Assembly: GCA_045597865.1 (NCBI GenBank)
Contig: JAZLKX010000025.1
Coordinates: 352,001-416,000 of the forward strand
DNA: 64,000 nt
Reading direction: 5' to 3'
Origin: Bacilli bacterium
GTDB lineage: Bacteria; Bacillota_I; Bacilli_A; RFN20; CAG-826
Position 1 is the stretch's first letter. The number at the start of each line of letters is the position of its first letter. The notes under the pieces were generated by a model. The model had not been told where the DNA came from and made no database searches. It worked only from the letters and a program-made list of their open reading frames with translations. Shown one piece after another: positions 19,915 through 30,198 of this stretch. The position numbers and the translations under genes are program-made.

Positions 19915-21163
19915 ATGGAGGTATTATGTAGTCATCTCCGTTTATGAATTTAGCATAGTCGATTGCAATTTGTTTTGGTTGACCGGCTAAATTTTTATCT
20001 GGATCATCTGGATTATAAAATAATCCAAAGTTATTTTCACCAACACTAACATTTTGATGAACTAGATTAGTTAATCTAAATACAAATACTGCTTCAACAA
20101 ATGGAAGATTTTCTTTAATAAGTTTTAAAGCATCAATTAAATATTTAGAATTGTCCGCTTTTGTAGTGTTTACGCCGTTGTCTGTCCAACCTAATTCACT
20201 ATAATAAACTGGTTTATCACCATCTCCGTGGTCAATAGCAACTTGGTAAATTTCTTTTTGATAGCCAACCCAATCACCTTTATTTGGATCAGGATTGCCT
20301 GTTGTAACACCTGGATATGGGTGCCAATTCAAAATATCAAAATAATTATCAGGATCTGTATCTGATTTTTCAGTACCATAAGGTAAAGTTTGTGATTCAA
20401 TACCTTGATAAATAAGTTCTAAGAAATGAGGACTACGATCAAGAAGACAAAGTGATATCATTGAACATTTGTTATCTTTGCTAGCTTTTTTAATGCCGCG
20501 TCTTGTGTAATAACAAATATCGCAAACTATGTTTGCCTTTTCATCATCAGTATATAAGAATGCTGCATTTTCTCTTTCAGTTAATCCATAACCATAGCCA
20601 TTTTTATGAATACAAGAAGATGCTTTCAAATCAGGTTCATTTCCTGGTTCAAAATACTTAATCATTGGGAAAAGTTCCGCAAACATTTGGCTGCCTTTTT
20701 CCATCAAATTTAAGAATATTTCATATTCTTCGTGTTCATTCGTTGGATCAGGAACGCAATATAATGTTGTTGGAGCGTATCCATATGGGAATAAGAAAGT
20801 TGTATACATTGCTAAAAAGTTAGTTACACCTTTTCCATCCCTATAAAGTTTATCAACGTGGTCTTTTAAAATTGTATAATAATGGTTGTTTAGCTTTAAA
20901 TCATTGTCTTCAGTAACGGTAAATAAAGCATTAATAGAAACCCAAAGTCTCATGGATTTGCATCCTAGAGCATTAACTCTATCGCCAATCCAATCATTTG
21001 TAATGGCGTAGTCAACACCATCATTTAAATCACCAGATGTTTCACATAATCCATAAAAATATGTGTAATCATAACTTCCTTTGTTTCCGCAAGAACCAAG
21101 CGAAACTAATGAGGTTGCAAGAAGTCCAAAAATAGATAAAGTACGTGTTAATTTATTTTTCAT
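19904..21163 (-). CDS. lipoprotein, clan GH-A glycoside hydrolase (GH39/GH5-like)
   Basis: Lipobox LGSC; EPGNEPD, NWHPY, YSELGW, GENNFG. Paralog of 18166..19914. Confidence 0.75.
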   Translation of the reverse strand: MKNKLTRTLSIFGLLATSLVSLGSCGNKGSYDYTYFYGLCETSGDLNDGVDYAITNDWIGDRVNALGCKSMRLWVSINALFTVTEDNDLKLNNHYYTILKDHVDKLYRDGKGVTNFLAMYTTFLFPYGYAPTTLYCVPDPTNEHEEYEIFLNLMEKGSQMFAELFPMIKYFEPGNEPDLKASSCIHKNGYGYGLTERENAAFLYTDDEKANIVCDICYYTRRGIKKASKDNKCSMISLCLLDRSPHFLELIYQGIESQTLPYGTEKSDTDPDNYFDILNWHPYPGVTTGNPDPNKGDWVGYQKEIYQVAIDHGDGDKPVYYSELGWTDNGVNTTKADNSKYLIDALKLIKENLPFVEAVFVFRLTNLVHQNVSVGENNFGLFYNPDDPDKNLAGQPKQIAIDYAKFINGDDYIIPPYEK

Positions 21164-23849
21164 TTTTTTGTCCTCTCTTTTTGCGCATTAAAAATACAAT
21201 TAGAAATGCTCCAACACCAATAAGAACAACAGCTGCTGCTATACTGGTAGGAATAATCCATGATAAATTATTATTTTTTTGAATTGGATTTCTTTTAACC
21301 CAAGGATCAAAATAATCAAGTTTTGGGTCATAATTCCTTACTGGAATTGTAATATGATTATCTAAATTAAATATCGATAATTCTTTAATGTTTGAGACAC
21401 CGTTTTTAGAAATAATTTCAATTTCAGATTCTTCGTTGATAAATTCAAGCATTTCGTCTAAATTGACAACATTAGAATCAATAAATGCTAAAGGCTTATT
21501 ACCAGAAGCATATCTTAATTCATATTTTGTGCCACAATGTTTTAATTCAAATAAAGAATTTGCAAAAACAAAATCTTTTCCAAGTTCAATTTCTTTAGTT
21601 CCATTTAAATTACTAATAATAATTTTTTTGGAGTTTGAATCTTCTAATGTAATACAGGTATTACCTTGTTTAATTGCTAATTGATTTTCAATTGAAAAGA
21701 CTTTAAATCGAACAATGTTTCCGTTCAATTTGTGTTCAGTTTTTACGCTTCCACCATCATTGATTTTTAGTTTACCATTCAAGACCGATGAATTATTAAG
21801 TGCTAAGCCATCTGCCTTATCGCTAATTGCAAAGTCATGACGAATTGTTTCAGTATAATTTTTTCCAATATAATTGGAATCTTTTAAATCATAATCAAGA
21901 TTTGTTATTGCTAGATTTTTAAGTTTAAAAGAAAGTCCATTTGTACCAAAAACAGCTGCATAACCATCCGTAGTATTATAAACTGCAGATATTTTTGCTT
22001 GTGCAAGTTCACTATCAGGTTGTTCAGCGGTCTTGTAATGCATTTCTATCTTGTTGTTTCTAACAACATAAAGGAAATTTAAAACTGTATTTTTAGTGAA
22101 ATAATTTGTTTTTGGGAATTTATCAACTTCTGCTTGATCAAGTGTAGTTTGTGTTCCTAATGGAACGCAAATACCATTGTAATATTGAATGCCTAATGAA
22201 TTGGCATTCGCATAACCTACTTCGTATGTTTTCTTTCCAACTTGCAAGCCAAGAGCAGCACCATTAAATGCGGCTGAATTACAATCGCTTTGAATGTCCA
22301 CATCAAATCTTGCAATAAAATCTTTATATTTGACTTTTGGACCAAATGCGGATGTAATTGAAGAATTTGAAAATAAAATGTAAGGATCAGCAGCATTCTT
22401 TGCTGAATAAACTGGCATTCTAACTAACGGACCAATGTGCCAATCATGATTTGAAATGAAAAATTCATAAAGAGCACCATATTCATCAAAGCTTTCTTTA
22501 GTTCCGCCAAACGATTGACCAACATCACCACTAGTTCTATCAAGATAAATAGATTTTTCAAAAGAAAAATCATCAACATTTGCACCGACTAGTGAATCAG
22601 TAGATGAACCTAATGTTTTTAAACCAAAATAACCATTTATTTTGTTGGTTTTTCCAGTAACGGAATTAATGCCATCACTAACAATAACACTGCCATCAAA
22701 ATAAACACTTAAACTAGTTGTAATTGATTGTTCAATATTTCCGTCTTCAAAGATGCACTTAGTTTTGTTGTATGAATCGCCATTTGAAGCAACTAAATAA
22801 TAACCTGTATCTGCTTTTTCAATTCCATAAAATAAACCACTTGATTCAATACTATCTTTTGAAATTTCAAAACCAGTTTTTGCTTCTTTTGACATTTCAC
22901 CAAGATAAAAAGTTGATTGTAGTTCATAAAGTTTATTTAACTTGTCGTTATTTGAACTTTCGAAAGGGGTATTGTAGATAAGTGATGAACCAGGTTTAGA
23001 AAGATTGGCTTTGCCAATAATTCCACACGATACATCTTTTTCAGTAAATGTATTAGCGTACCATTCTGCGTCTGCACTACCTGAAGAAGCATAAAGTACA
23101 GTTGATTTAGAAAAATCTTCTTCGCAAACTGTTTTTAAAACACCAGCTTGTTCATGATCATCTTTAACCACGAAACTAAGAAGCTCATTTTTACTTGAAT
23201 AGGCATTGAATGATAAATAGCCTTCAATATTTGGAACAACAATATTTGTTTTGGCGCCAATTTGATTTCCACTTTTATCCTTTACAATGTAATCTAGTAA
23301 AAATGTATTGTCACTTTGACGAGAAAAAGTGAAAGATGCCTTTCTTGAAACAAAAGGAACACTTAATGGAGTAAATGAAGAAGGTTTTCCACCTTCAGTT
23401 GTGTCTTCTTTTAAACCTGCAGCTCCTTGTGTAACGAAATATTGAGTACCTTCACCTGTAAAAACAAAACCATACTGTCCTGATGAAAATGGCGATTTAG
23501 TAGTTGGTTGTCCAACTGCGAATCCTAACCAACCTAAATTGACTAATTGTTGAACATCAAAACTAATTTCAACCTTAGAAACATCACTAGTTACTCTATA
23601 TTTTGAGTAAATTAAACTAGCGCCCCACTCTTGTCCATCAGGAACGATTCTAAGTGAACTATAATCAGAAGCAATTTCTGCATCATGGTTAACCCAATTT
23701 GAATTAATAGATTTATTGTTAAAATCATCCTCAAATTGCTGAACTTCATCAAAAGAAGCTAAAACTTCATTTGAAATTTTAGAAGTAAAAGAAAGAGGAA
23801 TTAGAAGTGATAATGCCAATCCTGAAATAAACAAATATTTCTTTTCCAT
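21153..23849 (-). CDS. secreted, C-terminally TM-anchored multi-beta-sandwich (LamG/ConA-like) protein
   Basis: Signal peptide; repeated 'EDDF...W' jelly-roll-like starts; C-terminal TM plus RKKR. Confidence 0.6.
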   Translation of the reverse strand: MEKKYLFISGLALSLLIPLSFTSKISNEVLASFDEVQQFEDDFNNKSINSNWVNHDAEIASDYSSLRIVPDGQEWGASLIYSKYRVTSDVSKVEISFDVQQLVNLGWLGFAVGQPTTKSPFSSGQYGFVFTGEGTQYFVTQGAAGLKEDTTEGGKPSSFTPLSVPFVSRKASFTFSRQSDNTFLLDYIVKDKSGNQIGAKTNIVVPNIEGYLSFNAYSSKNELLSFVVKDDHEQAGVLKTVCEEDFSKSTVLYASSGSADAEWYANTFTEKDVSCGIIGKANLSKPGSSLIYNTPFESSNNDKLNKLYELQSTFYLGEMSKEAKTGFEISKDSIESSGLFYGIEKADTGYYLVASNGDSYNKTKCIFEDGNIEQSITTSLSVYFDGSVIVSDGINSVTGKTNKINGYFGLKTLGSSTDSLVGANVDDFSFEKSIYLDRTSGDVGQSFGGTKESFDEYGALYEFFISNHDWHIGPLVRMPVYSAKNAADPYILFSNSSITSAFGPKVKYKDFIARFDVDIQSDCNSAAFNGAALGLQVGKKTYEVGYANANSLGIQYYNGICVPLGTQTTLDQAEVDKFPKTNYFTKNTVLNFLYVVRNNKIEMHYKTAEQPDSELAQAKISAVYNTTDGYAAVFGTNGLSFKLKNLAITNLDYDLKDSNYIGKNYTETIRHDFAISDKADGLALNNSSVLNGKLKINDGGSVKTEHKLNGNIVRFKVFSIENQLAIKQGNTCITLEDSNSKKIIISNLNGTKEIELGKDFVFANSLFELKHCGTKYELRYASGNKPLAFIDSNVVNLDEMLEFINEESEIEIISKNGVSNIKELSIFNLDNHITIPVRNYDPKLDYFDPWVKRNPIQKNNNLSWIIPTSIAAAVVLIGVGAFLIVFLMRKKRGQKNEK

Positions 23850-23861
23850 TTTTCTTCCTTC

Positions 23862-24809
23862 CTAGAAAGTTACTTTTGGAGTAAGTTTCTTCATTGTAAA
23901 ACGAATAATTAAAATAAATGGCAACATAAACAAAGACAAAATAAGTCCATATGTAGCTGCAGTAATTAATGTATTAGGGTTTCCGTCTCCAGCACTAACA
24001 GCATTAAAAATTACCATAGGTACTGTAGAAACATTCGGGTTATTACCTGCAATTAACATTGGTTGTAAGTAGAATGCAAATACTGAAGTAACAATTGCTG
24101 TCATCCAAGTTGTAAGTGTTGGCATAACAAGCGGTATTGAGATAGAAAACATTTCTCTAAAGAAGCTACAACCATCGAGTCTAGCAGCTTCTGAAATCTC
24201 ATCTGGAATCTTTTGCATAGCACTATTAATCAAAATAACGTTAGTGCTTAAGCCGTTAACTATACAGAAAACATAAATTAAAGGCCAAATAAGCGTGTTT
24301 TCAGAGTTTATTGATAACCAAGTAGGGTTAGGATTAATTCCTAGCTGTGCAAGAAGTCCTGCAATAGGTCCCACTGTATCACTAGTTACTTTAAACATTT
24401 CGCAATAAGCATCAGTCAAAATAACGATTGATATAATTGATGGTAAATAGAAAATAACTCTATAAATAGGTGTTCCATATGCTTTCTTATAGAATGCATA
24501 AGCAGTAATAATAGCAAATGGAAGAATGATTAAGTTAATAGGAATTGATCTAAATGAGTTCCACCACTGGACTCTAACTTGATCAGAGCCATGGAACAAT
24601 TCATCCAAAATACGACTATAGTTTCCAAAGTTATTCCAAACAAATGACTGACTTCTTTGATTCCAATCGCAGAAAGTCATCTTAATGGTATCAAAATTAA
24701 TGTAAACCCAGAAAACTGCAAAGTTGAAAAATGAAATAGCAAGAAAAGAAACAATGAAAATTGCTTTTTTAACTTTTAACCAATTCACAGATTTCTTTTC
24801 AAGAATCAT
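23862..24809 (-). CDS. carbohydrate ABC transporter permease (MalF-type)
   Basis: FYLPSIIS, EAARLDG EAA loop, about 6 TM. Confidence 0.9.
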   Translation of the reverse strand: MILEKKSVNWLKVKKAIFIVSFLAISFFNFAVFWVYINFDTIKMTFCDWNQRSQSFVWNNFGNYSRILDELFHGSDQVRVQWWNSFRSIPINLIILPFAIITAYAFYKKAYGTPIYRVIFYLPSIISIVILTDAYCEMFKVTSDTVGPIAGLLAQLGINPNPTWLSINSENTLIWPLIYVFCIVNGLSTNVILINSAMQKIPDEISEAARLDGCSFFREMFSISIPLVMPTLTTWMTAIVTSVFAFYLQPMLIAGNNPNVSTVPMVIFNAVSAGDGNPNTLITAATYGLILSLFMLPFILIIRFTMKKLTPKVTF

Positions 24810-24823
24810 TTTATTGTACCTTA

Positions 24824-26458
24824 CTATTCAGCGTATCTGTTTTCAAATTCAGCAAATCCTTTTTTTGCTATAGAATAGGCAGCATTTTCAACGTTGCCAT
24901 CAAAACCGTTGACCATAATGTCAACACCTGAATTTTTACGAAGTTTATCAATGACTGTTGGATATTCAATACCATAAGTCAAAGTTCTTCCAGCATCACC
25001 TTCATAAACATAAACTGGAGAAAGTGTGCCTTCTTCCGCAAATGATTTTCTTGGGAATTTTGAAATTCTATCATCTGCATTGTAATAAATATCAAAAACT
25101 GATTTTTGCCAATTAGAATATTTGAAATTTGGATCGATACTTGATTCAAAATTACGTGCATCATAATCAAATGGACGAATACCACCAGTTTCCTGTGTAA
25201 ATCTGATGCATTGTCTTTCTTCGGTCATGTATTTTAATAAGCCAAATGCTGTATCTTTATGAGGAGCATTTGCTGGAACAAACATAACGTTATCGGTTGT
25301 TAAATATGTAAGTTTTGCAACCTTACCGTCTTCTTTTCTAGTAATTGCACCATCTAATGATGGAACAAACATTGTTTTAATTACTTGTCCAGAAGCATCG
25401 AGTGAATTTTTATATTCGTGTTCAAACCAGTCTCCAGTTAAACATAAGGCTATGTCACCATCTGCAAACTTTGTTTGAACATCTTTAATTGATGCTGCAT
25501 CAGCATTCATAACTGAGTTAATGTATTTTCCATATTGAGATCCATCATCTTCTGTAACAAGTGATTTTACAGCATTTAATGCATCTTGAATTCCACTCCA
25601 TTTGTATTGTTCTGCAGTACTAGCTTTCGCATCAAGTTTCCAGAAATCATCAAATGTACCTTGGCTGGAATATTTGCCTGCGCTTAATTTGTCGTTTGCA
25701 GTACCGTGAAGTTCAGCAAACCAGGTCATTGTCATAAATTCGAACCATTGGGTTCCGTCTTTACCAGCCCAACCAAATTTATCAACTTTCTTTGATGCTG
25801 TAGCATTGTAATTATCAATATCTTTAAAGTAAGTGAAGACATCATTTAATGTTTCTGGTGGTAAAGTCCATTTAGCACCATCAGCTAAGCCTTCAACTGT
25901 ACCGTTTGCGTCATAATGAGTAATTTTTTGAAGTAAAGTTTCATTATAAGCAACTGAACAAGGAATAGCAGCCCATGGAATTCCCCAATAATCTTTACTG
26001 GCTTCTCTTCCTAATTGTTTCTCATAATAAAATCTATTAGCACATGAAGAATCGACATAATCTTTAATTTTTACTTTTGAACCATCCATTTTGGTGATTT
26101 CTTCTTCATACAAACTGCTAAGTCCGGCAATATACCCATCAGAAACAAGCTTCGCTTCTAAGTTATTTGTAATAAGTAAATCTGGGCAATCTCTTTTAGA
26201 TTTAACATAGTTGCCTGCTGTATAAGTGATGTCAGCATCAGCAACTAAACGATAATCTTTGCCTGAAACGATTTGATCAGGTGAAACACCTTTTTGCTCA
26301 GCAAGATATTCTTTTACGAATGTTTCAAGCCAATTTGCACCATATCCACCATCAAAATAGGCAACATAGAATGCATCCCCGCTTTTACCACCACAGCCAC
26401 TTAATGCTGCAAGTGATAAACCAAGTAATGCGACAGATAAGAAATTTCTCTTCTTCAT
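24824..26458 (-). CDS. carbohydrate ABC transporter substrate-binding lipoprotein
   Basis: Start MKKRNF after AAGGAG; lipobox LSGC; GGYG..W; GDWFEHE. Lies between the two permeases. Confidence 0.88.
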   Translation of the reverse strand: MKKRNFLSVALLGLSLAALSGCGGKSGDAFYVAYFDGGYGANWLETFVKEYLAEQKGVSPDQIVSGKDYRLVADADITYTAGNYVKSKRDCPDLLITNNLEAKLVSDGYIAGLSSLYEEEITKMDGSKVKIKDYVDSSCANRFYYEKQLGREASKDYWGIPWAAIPCSVAYNETLLQKITHYDANGTVEGLADGAKWTLPPETLNDVFTYFKDIDNYNATASKKVDKFGWAGKDGTQWFEFMTMTWFAELHGTANDKLSAGKYSSQGTFDDFWKLDAKASTAEQYKWSGIQDALNAVKSLVTEDDGSQYGKYINSVMNADAASIKDVQTKFADGDIALCLTGDWFEHEYKNSLDASGQVIKTMFVPSLDGAITRKEDGKVAKLTYLTTDNVMFVPANAPHKDTAFGLLKYMTEERQCIRFTQETGGIRPFDYDARNFESSIDPNFKYSNWQKSVFDIYYNADDRISKFPRKSFAEEGTLSPVYVYEGDAGRTLTYGIEYPTVIDKLRKNSGVDIMVNGFDGNVENAAYSIAKKGFAEFENRYAE

Positions 26459-26471
26459 AGTAAAACTCTCC

Positions 26472-27374
26472 TTATTTAAGACCTCCACCGAGGCTAATTT
26501 TCATAATTTGTTTTTGGAATATTAAGAAAATGATAACAACAGGTAACATTGAAATAATAATTGCAGCAAAATAAACTGGATAGTTATGAAGAAGTTGGAT
26601 ATTTCCGCCTTTTTCAACTAATGCTTTTATCTTTTCTAGACCTGTTGCGATTGTGTAATAATCACTTCCTAAAAAGATTTTTGGTGTGGCATAGTCGTTC
26701 CATGAACCAATAAAACCTAAAATCCAAAGTGTTCCGATAATACCCATAGCTTGAGGAAGCATAACTTGGAAGAAAATTCTATAATCTCCAGCTCCATCAA
26801 TACGAGCTGCTTCAGCATAGTTATCAGAAATATTTTTAAAAACAGCGTAAACAAGTAAGAAGTTCATACCTGTTCCACCCATAGATAATAAAATTATCGA
26901 ACCAAACGAATTTGTTAAACCCCAGTTATCCAAAAGCATATAAACAGAAGTTGTTGTACCTGCAATTGAAACAATCATTGGAAGTAAATATAAAATATAA
27001 ATAAATCCCCTACCATGGAATTTATATTTAGCCATAACGTATGCAGCTAAAGTTGTTGATAAAACAGATAATGTTGGAGTAATCAAACAAAGTAAAATTG
27101 TGTTAAAAAACATTTCAACAACATTAAACTGATCTAACTGGAATACTGTTGCATAGTTAGAGAACATCCATTTTTGAGGAAAATTCCAAGAATTGATTTT
27201 AAATTCATTAAACCCGTCCTTAAATGAGTTGATGAAAACCCAGAAGAATGGGAATAACAAAATTAAAGAATAAATAGCAAAAATAACAGTAAAAACGATA
27301 AGAACCCTACTGTAAGGTCTTCTCATATGTTTTGTAGTCTTCTTAGCAAAGTTTAATGTTATGTCTTGCTTCAT
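26472..27374 (-). CDS. carbohydrate ABC transporter permease (MalG-type)
   Basis: NSFK, AAYVMAKYKF, EAARIDGAG, WNDY, FQKQIM. Confidence 0.92.
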   Translation of the reverse strand: MKQDITLNFAKKTTKHMRRPYSRVLIVFTVIFAIYSLILLFPFFWVFINSFKDGFNEFKINSWNFPQKWMFSNYATVFQLDQFNVVEMFFNTILLCLITPTLSVLSTTLAAYVMAKYKFHGRGFIYILYLLPMIVSIAGTTTSVYMLLDNWGLTNSFGSIILLSMGGTGMNFLLVYAVFKNISDNYAEAARIDGAGDYRIFFQVMLPQAMGIIGTLWILGFIGSWNDYATPKIFLGSDYYTIATGLEKIKALVEKGGNIQLLHNYPVYFAAIIISMLPVVIIFLIFQKQIMKISLGGGLK

Positions 27375-27461
27375 ATGACTTCCTTGAACTTATTATAATT
27401 GCATATAATTAATTATATAGTTTCTTTTTGCAACAAAATTATCGGTTTTTCGACATTAATA

Positions 27462-28337
27462 CTATCTTTTGATATATTCATTCCACTCAGTATAAGTGTC
27501 TCTATCAATGTGAGATGACTTCTCTTTTCTAAACTTAGCAGGTGTTACATTATATTGCTCTTTGAATACATTAATGAAGTTAGATAAAGTTGTAAATTTT
27601 AATCTATCAACTATTTCACTTAATGAGATATCTGACGTTGCAAGCAATGTTGCTGCTAAAGACAATTTTTCCTTAATAACATATTTTTTAAGCGACATTC
27701 CTAAATACTTTTTGAATTCTCTATTTACGTAGCCATGTGAATAGTGAGTTGTCTTAATTATTTCGCTAATTGGGAGAACTAAAACTTCTTCACTTGCAAT
27801 CGTTCTAAGTAATGCTTTTATCCAAACTGGATAATAATCTTGTTTAATTTGATTTGCGAGAGCTTGAGAAAGCATTAAGATAATGACTCCTTTATGAATG
27901 GAATTCTTTTCATTAGTTATCTCATTATCTCTAAGTAAAGAAAGGATTTCACAAGTTGAAATAATAGCAGATCCACTTAATTCAAACATAAATGGTTCTT
28001 TTGAAAAAAGGATTTTATTAAATAGTTCAGGATCAAGATAATCACAGCATTCTTTAAACAATTTTTCATCTGCGTAAATGTCATGATGTGAATAGGTATC
28101 TTTTGTTTTAATATGATAATCATTCACTTCAAAAGGTCTAACAATAAAAGCTGAACCAGATGTCACTTTTTTAGTAACAAATTTATTTTTGTCTTTTTTG
28201 TAAAAATCAATGCTAGCTTCACCGCGTTCAACAAATGTAATTTTAAAAAATGTATTACAATGAGGTTCTAAAGGTGGTTCTAAAACAACTGAAGTATAAG
28301 GACAATTTTCTATTGTCTTTTTAGTACAAATCATCAT
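27462..28337 (-). CDS. AraC-family transcriptional regulator
   Basis: N-terminal cupin (PHCNTF) and C-terminal double HTH (FKKYLG...FKEQYNVTPAKFR). Confidence 0.9.
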   Translation of the reverse strand: MMICTKKTIENCPYTSVVLEPPLEPHCNTFFKITFVERGEASIDFYKKDKNKFVTKKVTSGSAFIVRPFEVNDYHIKTKDTYSHHDIYADEKLFKECCDYLDPELFNKILFSKEPFMFELSGSAIISTCEILSLLRDNEITNEKNSIHKGVIILMLSQALANQIKQDYYPVWIKALLRTIASEEVLVLPISEIIKTTHYSHGYVNREFKKYLGMSLKKYVIKEKLSLAATLLATSDISLSEIVDRLKFTTLSNFINVFKEQYNVTPAKFRKEKSSHIDRDTYTEWNEYIKR

Positions 28338-29176
28338 AACTCGTTACCTTCTTTCTTTAATCCTTTTTTGTATAATTCAGGAAATGAATCTTTATTTATT
28401 AAAACGTCAAAAGATGATGTTGAAATCAAAAGAATTGCTAAAGCAATTAGTGGTATAACTAACATAGCAATTAATGACGCCACTAATAATAAAATTAAGA
28501 AATTTGGAATTGCAAAAACCAAATTCATAACTAATAAAATTAAACCCACTACTAAATATTGCCAAAAACGAGATACAACTAAAATAAGTGAGTTTTTGAT
28601 TGCGCTCTTAAGTTTTATTTCATACATTGAGCATTCAGAAACGATTGTTAAAACGATTGGAGTTAATAATAAGAACAAAAATCCAGTACAAATTGCAGAG
28701 AAAATAATTGGGACGATTCCTTCAAATCCAAAAATGTACTTACACGAAAAATCAATAATTAGATAAATTAATCCATAGACTGCAGCAATTATTGCAAATT
28801 GACCATAGTTCTTTTTAATTCCTTCAAAATAGTCATCTTTAAACAAGACACCTTCCCCGTAAATCATTTTCTTTAAAACATTACCCATGCCAGATAAATG
28901 CACTGCCACTACAAATAAAGTTAAATACAAACCTACATAGCCTAGAGAAATAATAAGAATTGGATTATCTCCCGCATTAGATGCAAAATAAAGCATTAAA
29001 AAATAAACGACAAAGAATGGTATTAAAAACACTAAAGTTAATAAACCTAACTTTGTTAGATTTCTCCATTCAATTTTAAATATATCAAAAAATTGCAAGA
29101 ATCTAGTTGCAGGTAAATCTTGAGCAGTAAATTCAGGTTTTTGAATTATTTTCCTTTTCTTTTTGTTTTTAGCCAC
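28334..29176 (-). CDS. DUF624/YesL-like integral membrane protein
   Basis: FFDIFK...DYFEGIKKNY...IKNSL pattern; multi-TM; sugar-ABC context. Confidence 0.65.
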   Translation of the reverse strand: MAKNKKKRKIIQKPEFTAQDLPATRFLQFFDIFKIEWRNLTKLGLLTLVFLIPFFVVYFLMLYFASNAGDNPILIISLGYVGLYLTLFVVAVHLSGMGNVLKKMIYGEGVLFKDDYFEGIKKNYGQFAIIAAVYGLIYLIIDFSCKYIFGFEGIVPIIFSAICTGFLFLLLTPIVLTIVSECSMYEIKLKSAIKNSLILVVSRFWQYLVVGLILLVMNLVFAIPNFLILLLVASLIAMLVIPLIALAILLISTSSFDVLINKDSFPELYKKGLKKEGNEL

Positions 29177-29729
29177 GTTTAAATACCTCTAGCAAAGTTT
29201 TAATATAATTTGTTTTACCGTTAGTAATTTCATTTAAATGAACGTCTTCTTTTTTTAAAAAAGCAAAATAATCTTTTGAATCAAAATTAATATAATCAGC
29301 AAAATAAACATCATTGCATTTTAAGCCAAATTCATAATCATAGAACTTGAAATTGTCATCACTTGATAAATAACTTCCCTTTAAATCTTCATAAGGAAAT
29401 CTAGTGTGACTTTCAAAGAAAGTCTTTGGCATAATAACAATGTCTGAAGTTGCTCCTTCTGTATCATATAATGAAGTAATAATTGGTTCTGTTTCTAAAT
29501 ATGAAGAAACTTTAACTTCAAGTAAATCAGGTAATGTTTCTTCAATCTTGGTTTTAATTTTGTCCTTTTGAGCCTCGCCAATAATAAACATAGAGATTTT
29601 TTCAACATCTTTTGGTTTGTTTTTTAATGTGACAAAGAAAGTCACGAAAAGAGGACACAAAATTAAAATGCAAATATATGCAAAGAATTTTTTGGATAAG
29701 TGGCGTTTTAAAGAATATTTAGTTTGCAT
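29169..29729 (-). CDS. hypothetical membrane-anchored extracytoplasmic protein
   Basis: N-terminal TM followed by a soluble domain; overlaps both neighbours. Confidence 0.65.
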   Translation of the reverse strand: MQTKYSLKRHLSKKFFAYICILILCPLFVTFFVTLKNKPKDVEKISMFIIGEAQKDKIKTKIEETLPDLLEVKVSSYLETEPIITSLYDTEGATSDIVIMPKTFFESHTRFPYEDLKGSYLSSDDNFKFYDYEFGLKCNDVYFADYINFDSKDYFAFLKKEDVHLNEITNGKTNYIKTLLEVFKRG

Positions 29730-30198
29730 CTTTGTACCCCACTATATAATCAAATTTTATTATTAAAATTATTTCCTTATTAAGCGGCAAATTTGGTTCA
29801 AATATTTCACTTAATAAGAATCTTCTATTTTCATCTTTAACTAAACACAAAACTTCTCTAACTCTAGAACCATCAGGAAGTGTAATAACATTATCTTTTA
29901 TTTCATTAATTATTGCTTTATAAGTATTTTTAACGCTTCTTTTATATAAAATCTCATATTCATGTGCAATTTTCTTAAAATACCAGAACTTACTGAGCAT
30001 AAGAGCACTGGCAATAAAAAGAAGAGTAAATAAAATCGAGAATATTATCTTGTAGATTACCTGATTATGATAATTAGAAAGAACTAAAGCCAAAACAAAA
30101 GATAACCAAGCTAAAATTTGAAAAGAAATAAGAAAAATCAAATATTTCTTCTTTTGTTTTGTTAATTCGATTAATTCTTCTTGTCTGTATAAGTCCAT
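29719..30198 (-). CDS. hypothetical 2-TM membrane protein
   Basis: Two TM helices plus a small C-terminal domain; operon overlap. Confidence 0.65.
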   Translation of the reverse strand: MDLYRQEELIELTKQKKKYLIFLISFQILAWLSFVLALVLSNYHNQVIYKIIFSILFTLLFIASALMLSKFWYFKKIAHEYEILYKRSVKNTYKAIINEIKDNVITLPDGSRVREVLCLVKDENRRFLLSEIFEPNLPLNKEIILIIKFDYIVGYKDAN

